Shown here in pieces: positions 50,156 through 62,800 of a DNA stretch of 64,000 bases. The stretch lies in contig JAAOMT010000128.1 in the NCBI GenBank assembly GCA_016748015.1, forward strand, positions 751,538 to 815,537, in the 5' to 3' direction. The notes below the pieces were generated by a model. It was not told where the DNA came from. It did not search any database and saw nothing but the letters and a program-made list of their open reading frames with translations. Both the position numbers and the translations under genes were made by a program. The DNA is from Geosiphon pyriformis uo1. Lineage: Eukaryota; Fungi; Glomeromycota. The number at the start of each line of letters is the position of its first letter. The first letter of the stretch is position 1.

Positions 50156-52237
50156 TCCTTTCTGGCAAGCAAAGAAATCAATGTCAGAGGAGGAATAATT
50201 GATGCTAGATATACTGGAGACATTACAATAATGCTTCAAAATGAAATTGACAAACCATTCAAGATCGAACATGCTGAAAAAATTGCCCAAGCTATTTACC
50301 TACCCCTAATCAACATTTCGGGTTTGCAACTAGTCAATCAAAGAGAACAATTAGGAAAAAGCAATAGAGGAACTCAAAGTTTTGGTTCAACTGGACAATT
50401 CACAGTTCCAGTTAACATAGCTCTTAACACATGGAACAAATCCCACCAGATTCTCAGACTTCCACAACCAATTACCATCTTACCCTTTGGAGAACATCCA
50501 GAAATTTACATCTGCCCAAAGCCAACAACCACACAACAAATTTTTGAGTCCAATGAACAAGTCTGCTTGGAACATAATATTTCGATCCCAAACATTTATA
50601 TTCCAGAAGGAACAAAGAAAGTCCAAGTTACTTTTTACAACCCCAATAATTACCCCATAATTTTATTAAATAATTTAGAAATTGGAGTTATTCACAATAA
50701 TATATTTCAACAAGAATTACCCCAAACAGTCTCCAATTTCTCTGAAATTATTAGACATTTAATACCAAAAATCAACCCAAACCCCAGCTCTGAAAACTAC
50801 CATGTTGTCATGAAAAAACTATCTCGAATCAACATGGGACAACTTGAACCACAACAACAGACCCAGCTCAAAGAGCTAATTGCAGAATTTGCCGATATCT
50901 TCGCTGAAAACAACAATGACTTAGGAAGAACCAATTTGGTCCAACACCAAATTTATACAAGAGATGCCAAACCAAGAAGACAATAAGCATATCGAGTTGC
51001 TCCAGAAAGCCACCAATTCATCCGAGAAGAAGTACAACAAATGCTTAACAATGGGCTCATCCAACCCTCCATGAGTCCTTGGGCTTCACTTGTAGTGCTA
51101 GTTAAAAAGAAAAATGGAAAGATCTGATTTTGTGTTGACTATCGACAACTCAACAGTATTACAATTGGAGATGCCTACCCCCTTCTCCGAATTGATGACA
51201 TGTTAGATGTCCTTGGAAAATCCAAATACTTTTCAACACTAGATTTAAAAAGTGGTTACTGACAAGTTGCTATGGATCTTAAAAATTGCCCCAAAACAGC
51301 ATTTACCACCCAAGGTGAAAATTACGAGTTCAATGTAATGTCTTTTGGATTATACAATGCACCAGCAACATTTCAGAGATTAATGAATGTTGTGTACCAA
51401 GGACTTTTTTGGAAATCAGTAGTTGTTTATCTTGACAATACTGATGTTTATTCTCCATCATTCAAATTACACTTAAAACACCTATGAGAAGTTTTTCAAC
51501 GATTACAAAAAGCAGGACTAAAACTCAATATTGAAAAATGCTACTTTGGAAAAACAAGCTTGGCCTTTCTTGGTCATATCGTTAGTAAAGATAGAATTAA
51601 ACCAGATCCTAGAAAAATCAGCGTTGTCAAAAACTTCAAAACTTCTCGAAACACTACAGAACTAAGAAGATTCATAGGATTAGCATCTTACTATCAGAAG
51701 TTTATCAAAGAATTTTCGGAAATTGCAAAACCCCTCAACCAGCTTACTACCAAAAACATTGAATACAAATGGACTACCGAACATCAAAAAGCTTTTGAAA
51801 TTCTCAAGGAAAAACTGACAACAGCTCCAATTCTCGCCTATCTGGATTTTAGCAACTGATTTCAACTAGCTACAAATGCTTCATATACTGCCTTTGGTGC
51901 TATCTTATTACAACTAGATGACAATGGAAATGAGTGAGTAATTCCTTATGCTAGCAGAACATTAAAACCAGCTGAGAAAAACTACCCTGCCACAAAACTA
52001 GAAACAGCAGCTGTAATTTGGGCTCTACACTACTTCAATCTTTATCTCAAGTCTAAAAAATTCGATATTATCACTGATAATATTGGACTTAAATGGCTTC
52101 AGAACAAAAATACTCAGCTGAATGCAAAACAAACTTGATGGACAGGATTTCTAGCAAACTATTGATACATAGTACATCACAAACCAGGAAAACTCCACAC
52201 CAATGTTGATTGTCTCTCCAAAATGAGACAAGATTAG
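50156..52237 (+). pseudogene. Element A pol, 3' part (dUTPase C-half, RT, RNase H)
   Basis: GIIDARYTG, KIAQAI, RGTQSFGSTG; FCVDYRQLN; VMSFGLYNAPATFQR; YLDN; LATNASYTAFGAIL; stop TAG at 52235-52237. Confidence 0.92.
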
Positions 52238-52289
52238 AAAAACACAAAAACCAACATTCAACTTAACCAACCAAAAGAGCCAACAAACA

Positions 52290-53675
52290 ATGAATTCAGA
52301 AAACTACAATGATCTCAAACAATATTTGGAAACATTAACAATCCCAACAGATTGGTCTCCAGATGAAAAACATTGACTACAACAACAAGCCAAACAATAT
52401 TTTCTACACAACAACATTATTTATTACCAAAATTTCAAAAACCCAGACAAACCACTCAGATTAATACAAGAACAGGAAAAAAAGACTATATTATACAACA
52501 TGCACTCAGATCCTTTATCAGCTCACTTCGGAAAAAACAGCACCACCCAAAGAACACTAAAATACTACTTTTGGTCTCGAATGAGAAAAGACATTCACAA
52601 ATATGTCGAATCTTGTGATAGTTGTCAAAGAAGAGGAAGAACTTGCCCTACAGAACCTTTAAACCCAATCAAAGTTGGACAGCTTTTTGACAAAGTTGGT
52701 ATTGATTTAGTCGGACCACTACCTATCACAAACCAAGGAAACCGCTACATTGCAGTAGCCGTAGACTATCTCACCAAATGGCCTAAAGTCAGAGCCATTC
52801 AACAGGCAGATGCAAAATCAGTAGTAAACTTCATCTATGAAGACATCATTTGTAGACATGAATGCCCAATAGAACTTTTATCTAATCAAGGAACACATTT
52901 TGTGAACAATTTAATCCAGGAAATTTGTGGACGATTTAATGTTAAGAGACCATTATCTTCATCCTACTATCCACAAACAAATGGACTGGTAGAACGGTTC
53001 AACAGAACATTGTGTGAATCATTAGCCAAAGTTTCAACTGATTTTGAGCAAGAATGGGATCTCTTTATTCCATCAGTGTTACTAGCATATAAGACACTAA
53101 AACAAGATACCACAAAACACACACCATTTGATTTAACTTATGGAAGGATGGCAACATTACCAATTAGTTTCACAGTAGAAACATACTCAGCACAACCAAT
53201 TGATGAAAACAATTTTCAAGAAATGCTTCAATAAAGAGCCTACACTCTGCTTAGCATATTGGAAGGAAAACAACAAATAGCAGTCACCCATATTAAACAC
53301 TCCCAAGCTCAACAAAAAGAATGGCATGATGACAAATTGCCTCCAGTCACCAATGAATTTAAAATTGGAAACAAAGTTCTCTTACACAGAACTAAAGCTG
53401 AAAAACAATGGAGTGGAAAATTTGAAAATAAATGAGATAGATCATTCTTTATTTATGAAGTTTTAGGCAACAGATTATACAAGCTAAGACTTGATGACAA
53501 AATTCTAACAAAAGTTGCACATGGAGATCATTTGAAACACTATAATTCCAGAAACAATCCTGAACCATTAATTTCACAAATTGGTACACATTCCCTTTTA
53601 ATCAATCCCGAAGACATTCCCCAAAATTTAGAACCAATAGTTGTCGTTGAACAGCCTCACAACTTGAACACTTAA
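52290..53675 (+). pseudogene. Element A integrase (separate ORF)
   Basis: ATG 52 nt after the RNase H stop; MHSDPLSAHFG...CDSCQ; IDLVGPL; LSNQGTHF; NGLVERFNRTL; GPY/F-type tail. Confidence 0.9.
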
Positions 53676-53796
53676 TTTAAATTTATTATTATAGTTATCT
53701 TTTTATAATTTAGAAACAATCTCACAAAAACAAAACAAAAATAACATAAAAACTCATGCACCAAAAATAATTTTCTTTTATTTCAAATCGCTTATA

Positions 53797-54450
53797 ATGA
53801 CTATTTCTCAAAACATTCAACAATTATCCCAAAAACTAATATTAGCTTTAAAAACAATACCTGAATTATCCATTACTGTTACTAGAAACCACATTAATTA
53901 TACTCAAACAGAAGTAGTTACAAATTTAGCCCCAAATTCACGAAAATATTACCCGTATAAGAAGAACACAAGAAGTTATACTGGAATTCACCTGCCAGAA
54001 CTTTTAAAATTTGCTTTAAGAGAAAATCTAATGCTCACTCCGATTAGTATTCCACCAAATGCTACAATTCAACAAAGACTTCAACTGTGTCTCAATGAGG
54101 AAAACATTGAATATCCTTCAATCTATAGATATTTTCACATTGGAAAAACACTCTACAAATAGAAACTGGAACTTACAACAGCAAACCTTGTAAAAGAAGC
54201 TATTCAGAAACAACTCTACAATGAATTCAAGACAACAGCTGGATCAACAAACAGTCGCTACAGGCTCAGAGCTGCTCTTAGACTTTATGACCTATTCCAC
54301 ACCTGTGAAAACGTACTACAAAACCCAATTTTTCAACCTTTAAAGATTCAATACATTAGAAAGCTCACAGAACTGAAATTTCAACAATTTTCAGATCAAA
54401 TTTCTTTAATAATTTTGGATTATTATCTGGAAATGACAAACAGTACTTGA
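53797..54450 (+). pseudogene. Element A ORF3 (unknown function, one internal stop at 54160)
   Basis: YRYFHIG...RLYDLF...IRKLTELKF; homologous in layout to ORF3 of B. Confidence 0.7.
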
Positions 54451-54484
54451 ACTTCGACGGAGCTCAGTCTTGAGAAGAAGGTTA

Positions 54485-55458
54485 TGTTACCAGATGAAAT
54501 TAGAGATATTATTTAGCATAAAATTATCTTATAATTCCTATCATTAATTAGCATTGTTTCAAATTATCACTTATTACATTAGCAAAAATGTCCGAAATTA
54601 TCATTTAATTAATAACCCAAATTGTACACAACACAAATGTAACCTAATTGCGATGATCAATCATGCAATACCCCGAACTATGTAACATTTAAAAGTTCAC
54701 CGAAATTTATAGAAATTTGCCGAAATAATTAATAGTTCACTGAAATATCTAATAGTTCGCAGAAATAACTTGTAGTTCGCCAAAATGTATCTTTAGTTCA
54801 GCAAAATTGTAGAAAATAGCAAAGTTCAAGTTCATAGAATAGTGTTACGACAAGTTGTATAAAAGAAGAGCTTCTTTTTTCAAGAAAATATATTTTACTT
54901 TAGATTTAACAATTAGAATTATCCTTTACACACAAAAACAAAATAAATATCAAATAATTCAAAAAATCAAATCCTGAATTATTTCACTTTTAAAATTAAC
55001 TAATTCCTACTAAACAGTTTGAAATTGATTAGCTACCAATTTCAGTAAACTATTAGTGACTCTAGGCCTGGATAGAAAACATTTTCTTTGACAAAAATTC
55101 TATTTCTTTTACATTTCTTTTATTTTTCTTTTATTTTCTTATTACAATTATTAGGGTAGCCTACAGATGAAATTCCTGTAGAAGAGTTGACTTTCACAGC
55201 AAAATAACTACACATTTTTAGTGAGCTTCTAGACGAGCAATTTCTGGGAAAGAGTTGACGTTTACTACAATGTAACTACATAAAAGCAACTGGCAAGGAA
55301 TTGGCCATTCCACTCATAAGCCCAGCAGCTCAAATTATAAGAGATAATTTGAGGATAAATTCAGTTATCGGAGATTCAAACACTTCCCATAATCATAAAT
55401 TAACAGCATTACAACAAACATACAAGAGCTAAGAAGAGACCAAAAATCTCCGGTAACA
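54485..55458 (+). repeat. 3' LTR of element A
   Basis: Preceded by the PPT gagaagaagg; ends cggtaaca. Confidence 0.95.
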
Positions 55459-56849
55459 CCGAGTTGGTCAATTTTTCTTCTGGCTGTACTGTCTTTGAGA
55501 TTAGTGATATGATCTTCCAGATTGGTGGCTGGACTTGTTTTATTCCTCGTTCGCCTAATTCTGGTCATTGTTTCCGGTTTGCTCTGGTTATGTTTGGTTT
55601 CCAAGTTGATTTAGACTCTGCAATCATTAAAACTGGTATCTTAAGAAAATGCTGTATTTGGTGGAAAACCCCTGGTTGTTGGCAATGCTTCAGATGTCAA
55701 GAAGTGAGCCATTTGGCTGTTGACTGCAAAGTTTTTTTACCTCCCTCTTCTAAGACTCTCAAGATGTTTAAAACATATTTTGTGAGTAGTGTTTCTTATG
55801 CAAAAACTTCTGCTTCTCTGGATTCTTCTGAGTTTCCTTCTCTGGCGGCTTTTATTTCCCCTTTTGTGGTTATTGGTGATTTCTTGGTATCTTCCCAGTT
55901 GGCTTCTTTGGAATCTGATTTGGTTAAGCTTTCTGCTTTGGTTGAGTTTATTGTTAAACCAGTTAGTTCTTTGGTCAAATTGTTCGAACAATTTATTAAT
56001 GGAAATTTGATCTTAAGCAGTAAACTTGGCCTTAAAATTAATAAAGTTATGATGTATATGAGTTCTTTTAATAAGATTGTTGGTAAGTTGGAGAGAGAAA
56101 TGGTTTTTTTAAAGAAAAAATGCTGCATAGAGGATATTAATATGTCTGGCAATTCAGAGCACCAAGTTGGTTTGGATAATGAGGTGTTTTCTAATTTAAT
56201 GTCCCTTTGGGAACATAAGCCTATTGATGTTAAAGCTAATGCCTTGAAAACAGCTAAATGGCTGGTTGGATTGGTTTTTTGTAGTGTGACTTTGTTTCTT
56301 ATTGTTTAAAAGATATCGTCTTTGGATAAGTTTTTTTCTAGTGTTTCAATATAGTATAGTCTGAACTGGCTCAAGTAGCTAGTTACATGTAGAAAACACG
56401 TAAGCCACATCTAATTTAAGACTCTATGTGGTCATATTGTATTAGATAGTGGTTGGGTCTTGGTCATTAAACTTTAATAAAAAATAAAAATAAAATAAAA
56501 AAATAATATTATGTTTTTAATTTAACAAACATATTACAATTTATTTTAAAAAAACAAACAACTTATTTTATAGCTAAAACATATTGTATAATTTCTAAAA
56601 ATATTTAACTTAAATAAAAATATTTTATTAAACTTTTAATTATTTTAAATAATAATTTATTAATTTTTATATCTTTTTTTTTGTATTTTATTTTTAATTT
56701 AATATTAAATATTTTAATTTTTATTGTATTAAATAATCAGATTTTAATAAAACTTAACCAACTCAATATTTATAAATTTGAAATAATTAAAAATTTTGTA
56801 AATTTATTAAATAAAGCTTAAAAACAAATTTTTTATAAAAAACCAAATA

Positions 56850-59800
56850 AATTATTATTATTTTTATTTTGGCTTAATAAGTATAGTCCAATTGCTATTT
56901 AAAAACATATAATATAAATATATTATAAATTAAATCTAATTTATATACTTGTTATATGTAACTTATTTGGGCCAATTAAAGCAATACTATATATTAGCTA
57001 TAATTATTTTACTATCTAGATCTAAAAAAACAAATATTTAAAACATATACCAAAATACATATATTTATTTTTCTCTATGCTTAAAAGCACTACTATTTTA
57101 TTATTTAATTTATTTATATTATTATTTTTATAAGAAATCACATTATTATTGGCAAGCACTAAATTTTTTCTTTTTATATTAGCTCTATATTCAGATTTAT
57201 AACAACATCTTCTAAATTTGTAAGCCAATACTAAGTTTTTTATGAAGATAATAACATAGCCAGTTTAAAATTACCAAAAACTGTTAAAGCTTTATGATAT
57301 TAGCTCTTAGACATAAAACTTTTTATCAAAAAAGAATACAAATTAATATCATATATACAAAAAAACAATTTTTTTTAAACCACAGAAAAAAATATGGTAA
57401 TATTTATTAATAATATTTATTATTTCTCAAACTTATTCAAGATTTCATTATAAATAACTTTATTTGAAAAATATTTAAAAACATAATTAAAAATTTTGGT
57501 TTTATTATAAAATATACACTTTGTATTTAAATATAATATATTATACAACTATTTTTTAATAGCTATTAATAGATATCTATATAAAATCTTTATAAAAAGC
57601 AGTTAATAAATAACTTATAAAGTCAGAAGTCATGTGTTTATTAAAATATCAAACCTCAAATGTTTTCTTTTAGTCCATTTTACTGATATTGTAATTTTTT
57701 GTTACTTTAAATCTAAACTTATTTTTTTACTTAACATAACACAAAGTTCTGTAAAAAATTTTGATATAATAAATATTATAAAATAATATTATGTTATTAG
57801 ACTAAATAAAAAACCCATGAATTATAATAAAAAAACTGCATCAGAAAAACAAACATCAAAGGTAAACATGTTGGCATATTTATTTTTTATAACACTATTA
57901 TAACTTTTGATTTTGACCCAAAAAACCAACAAATTTCTCTTCTTAATTAAATTAATTATTTGTTACTGTTTTATTTAAAATTATTTTCTGAAATCAGATG
58001 CAGTTAATTTTAACTTATTAATACAAGTACAAATAACAACTTAACTGTCTAAATTAATAATTATATTGTCTTTTATAAAGACACAAACAAATACAAAAAA
58101 AATAATTTTGAGTTTAATTAAAATTAATAACATAATACTATGTATTTTAATTCTAATACTTAAGTTAACATCAAAAAAAAACAGCAGTTCTTCTAACAAC
58201 CAAAGTCAATTCAAAATTCTTAATAAAACTATTTATATAAATATTAAAAGAATCTAAACCAGATTTTAATAATATAATCTTAGTATGACTAATTAAGTTA
58301 ATAATACCAAAGTTAAAAAAATATTTATCAAATACTTAAAACTAATTATAAGCAGCAGCCAGTCTGTTGCCTAAAAACTAAATAGCCAAATTAAATTATG
58401 CAAAAACAGAGTCTTATAAATTTAACTACTTTCAATATCTAAAACACTTTTTATTAAAACAACATCTTTTTTTGTTTAGTAATTGTTTTATAAAAGCAAT
58501 ATTAAAACATTTCAAAAATTAGACTATCTTAAAAAAACCTATGTTTCCAAAAATATTAAATATTGGCATCTTACCAAAAAAGTAAAAAGCACTTGACAAT
58601 ACAGCAAAAATAAATAAATCACAAAATAAAAAAAATTTTATAATTACAGCCAAAAATTGTTCTTAGAACTAATGTTTAATCTTACAAAATAATGCAAAAA
58701 ATGTATTAACAATTAACTAAAAACTTGTAAATCTATACAACAATAAATAAAAAATCATTCCAGAACTTCAAAAATGTTTATAAAACTCAGAATAAAAGAT
58801 GCTTTATCTTTAATCTATACTTGGCCAAAAGTTTTTAAGCCATAAAAAGACAAATAAACCAATATGTTTATAAAAAAGTCATATAAAAAATCTGTTTTAA
58901 ATTTCAAGTTCTTTTTAATTATAGTGTTTTATTTTGCATAAACATACTTAAAAATAAAAGTAAATTGTATTTTATAGCCAATAATAAACTACAGAACAAT
59001 AAAAACCAAATAGCAAAATTGTTTATCAAAAATAATATTACTCATAGAATATAGGAACTATATATTAGTACACAAATTAGCCAATTTGAATAAAATGTAG
59101 TAAAAGTAGAATTCCAAGATTTTTCTTAGAGGAATTGCAAGATTCCAGAATTATAGGATTCTAATATGAAGAATTACAGAATTCCAAAATTCCAAGATTC
59201 CTCTTAAGAAATTACAAGATTCCAGAAATTCCAAGATTTTTGGCTAGAGAATTAAAGAATTCAAGGAATCTTATATAACAAAATTTATGTATATATAGCA
59301 GTAGTATTAGAAACAAAAAAAACAGAATTCTTAGTTTAGAATCTTTAGTTCCAATTCTTTATTTATCTCTTCATATAATAGTATTCTATAATGTGAAGTA
59401 AAAACATCAAATATCAATAAAATACTTATTAAAACATCACAATACATCTTCTCACTATTAACAACTTATGTTAATAGTTGCCAATACTTAACTATACTGG
59501 ACCAATAGCTCTTAATCATAGCTATTAACAGAATACTAACTCTTTCTTGTCTTGGCTTATTTTTTTTTCTTTTTTTTGTTTTGTTTATTATTTACTAAGT
59601 AATTAAAAATTAATGCATAGAATTATCGACATTAAAGAGACTGGTAAAAGATCCAGAAATAAGAGTAGAATATTTATTATTAAGAATAGCTTACCAGAAG
59701 AATTACCAACCACCATGCTGAAAAAAAAATTTGACAGAATTGTGATTCCAAGAAGCTATGGAGAAAACAATATTTGAATCTCTGTTCATTATACAAAAGA

Positions 59801-62800
59801 CTTAAACCAAATCTTTAGATTATGCAAACTTTCAGATCATACAAATCTTTAAATACCAACACCATCATACCAATTAAACACCAAGTTATGGGTTTGTTAT
59901 TTGTTTCCAAACCTCAAAGAATTACTTGTAACAATGGTTTTATATAACACTAAATTAAAAAAAAATTAATATTAGATTGTGCTTTGGCCAAGCTAAGTTT
60001 TAATAGTTTTCTATTAACAAAAATATATTCAAGTAGTAATAAAATTCACTCTTTTTAATTATTGTAATTAGCAAATTATTAATAAAGAAAATTTTTCTGA
60101 CTTTTTAATTAATAAAAATAGCTAGTCTTTTTATTGTTTAAAGAAATATTATTAAGTGCAAAAAATTTATTAATTATATTTAAAATTTATTGTGTTATAA
60201 ACTAACTACTATTTACTTATATTATATTATTCATAAATGTCCTAACAGCAAAATAAGTTATTATTCCAGCTTAAGCCTCTATTCTGTTTGATTTTGTCAC
60301 AAACTTAAAATTAATTTTGTATTTACACAAATGTTTATGTCTTTTGATTTTGCATAAAAAAGAGTTATAAAAAATTTTTTAAAGAAGTAATAAAAATATT
60401 TTACTTTAATCAAATTTGTTCAGTACTTTTTAACTGTTCAAAAAACCAAAATTTGTTATTAATTTGTTTATTTGATTTAAATATATGTTTTCAAAAAATA
60501 TAATAAACTTATTATATATTTTAATATATTTTAAACTAATTTTCAAATAATATTATTCAACCAAGTTATATTTTGTGGATATTTTAAAGAATCAACCAAA
60601 GTTTCTGGCCTTTTTCCAAAGTGTCTTTTACTATTAAACCAACAATAAACACAGAAAATTGAGTTAAAATATTCTTTAAAACCAAAAAATTGTTATTTTA
60701 AAGCATATTAAACTTATTATAAGCAAATAAAATATAATCTAATAGAATTTTAAATAAAATTTTCTTAATATTTTCAATTAGTACAATAGACTATGTATTT
60801 GTAAAAATACCATTTTAGTTATAAGTCTTAAGAATTATTAAGATCTATGCTCTTTTTCAAAAAATTAAAACATTATTAAGAATTAGATAAGACTTCAATA
60901 AATCCAAAAAATATTCTAATACTATGTTATTATAATGGTTTCAAAATTTATTAGAAATGTCAGAAAAGCCAATAGCTTTGCTATTAGGCAGATCTTAAAT
61001 TATTAAAACCAATTTATTTATACAAATTTTATTTATTACACCAAAGAAAGCACTTTTTTTATATATAGTTTAAAAATATATATTGACAAGACCACAAATT
61101 AAGTAATATTACAAGTATTTTTTACTTTTTTGTTTACTCTATTATAATATTATCAACTTTAAGCTTTACTTAATCTAGTTTTAGAACCAATTTTTTCCAA
61201 TCACCAAATAGTTTAGTATTATTTTATAAAAAAATTTTTATAAAATACTTCTAATTATGCTTTCTTTATTAGATTCAAAAATTTTTATATATTTTTTAAT
61301 TGTTTTTTTAATAAATATATTTTTAGCCAATTCTGATTTATAATATCTGAACTTTTAATAATTTTTTTTTATTTTTAACAAATATTTGATAATTTTCAAA
61401 AACTTTATATTGTTATTAATTATACTGTCAATCTTAAAAGCTTTAATATTATCAATAATTTTCCAAATTTTAAAAAACCAATCAAATTCAGACTTATTAT
61501 CTAAACTTAAATTTTTAACCATTTTAGCAACCAATAATTCAAGTCTGTAAAACTTTAAAAAAGTCTGTTTTTTAAACAATTAAATATATTAAACCAATAT
61601 TTAAAAAAAATTTTATTAGCTAAGTTTATTACAATTTTTCTTAATACTTTTTATATTACATTTAAATTTTCAAAATTTTTTATATTACTAAATCCACCTA
61701 GCTTATCAACAGTTTAGTAGAAGAATGTTTCCCAAAGTGTATTCATTTAATCTTATCTGTATCTTTTATTCTAAACTTTTAATAGTCTTTATTGATCTGT
61801 TTGCAAATACTGTTCAAATAAATATCTAACAAATCTTTTAAACCAATTAAAACCACAACCACTGAATAATTGGTATTAAAAAGTTAAATACATTAATTAT
61901 CAAATAACATGTAATAACCAAAAACAAATTATTATTAACAAAAATATAATTAATAGTTCTCTCAAATTTTCTAAAATTGTTCTAAATAGAAGTTTTGGCC
62001 AAAAAATGTTTAACAAATAAATTAATCAAACTCAAATCAAAGCATTTTTTGAAACTTGTACTTTTTTAGACTTATTTTTATTGAAATTACTCTCTAAAAT
62101 TTGAAAAAAACTAAAACTAATTGCTTTAAAAATAAAAAAATTAACTTTAATTGTCTAATTAAACTTAACTTCAACAGATGTTTTAATATACAAACCCTAA
62201 ATTATGATTAAAAATCTGTTTTTAAACAAAAAACAAACTAAAATAATCTTATCTAGAATTTTATTAATTCTTAAAACATAGTAAACCAAAAAATTAATAA
62301 TAATAATAGCCATATCAGCATTAAGAAAATTTTTATCTAATTTAGATATAAAAATTCGAATATTATTAAATTTGTTCTTAATTTATAATCAAATACCAGA
62401 TTTTAATTTCATTTTTGAAATAATTAATATTATATTGCCAAATTTTACATATCAATAAACAATATTTTTTTGTTTAGCTAAATTGTTTATACTTTTAATA
62501 TTATATGTAACAATCTTTTAAACAAACTTATTTTTTAAGATAAAAATTAAGTCATAAAACCTGAATCATTGTGCAATTAATCTAATTTTATTAAAATTAA
62601 ACCAATAAAAATCTCAAAAACTACTATTTTTGATTTTAAGCCATTTATATTAATGATTAGAATTTTTAAACTACTTAAATCCAAATCCAAAATCTTAATT
62701 TTAGCCAAAAAAAAATAACACATACAAGTTATTTACAATTATATTTGAATTTAAATTTGTATTTAAAAGCATAAAAACAGACAATAAAAAAAGTTAGATT

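Larger units (their letters stand above)
34337..55458 (+). mobile_element. Ty3/gypsy LTR retrotransposon A (full structure, inactivated, with nested element B)
   Basis: LTRs 34337-35310 and 54485-55458 (TGTTA...TAACA); PBS 35313-35330; PPT 54472-54481; TSD CCAA/CCGA; order gag-PR-dUT-RT-RH, IN, ORF3. Confidence 0.95.
33078..56505 (+). mobile_element. Family X half-LINE copy 3, interrupted by element A (parts 33078-34336 and 55459-56505)
   Basis: ATGATCACAACC at 33103. The ORF reads ...QFKA|KLVN... across the A insertion, as in copy 1 (RFKTKLVN). Knuckle CFRCQEVSHLAVDC; shared 3' tail and A-rich end at 56350-56505. Confidence 0.85.

Noticed and set aside
56350-56470. Ribozyme in the shared X/LINE 3' tail
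   Set aside because: Some pairing is possible (tgtggtt/agccaca in the 19.0-kb copy), but I could not identify a hammerhead or HDV core. It needs an Infernal search.
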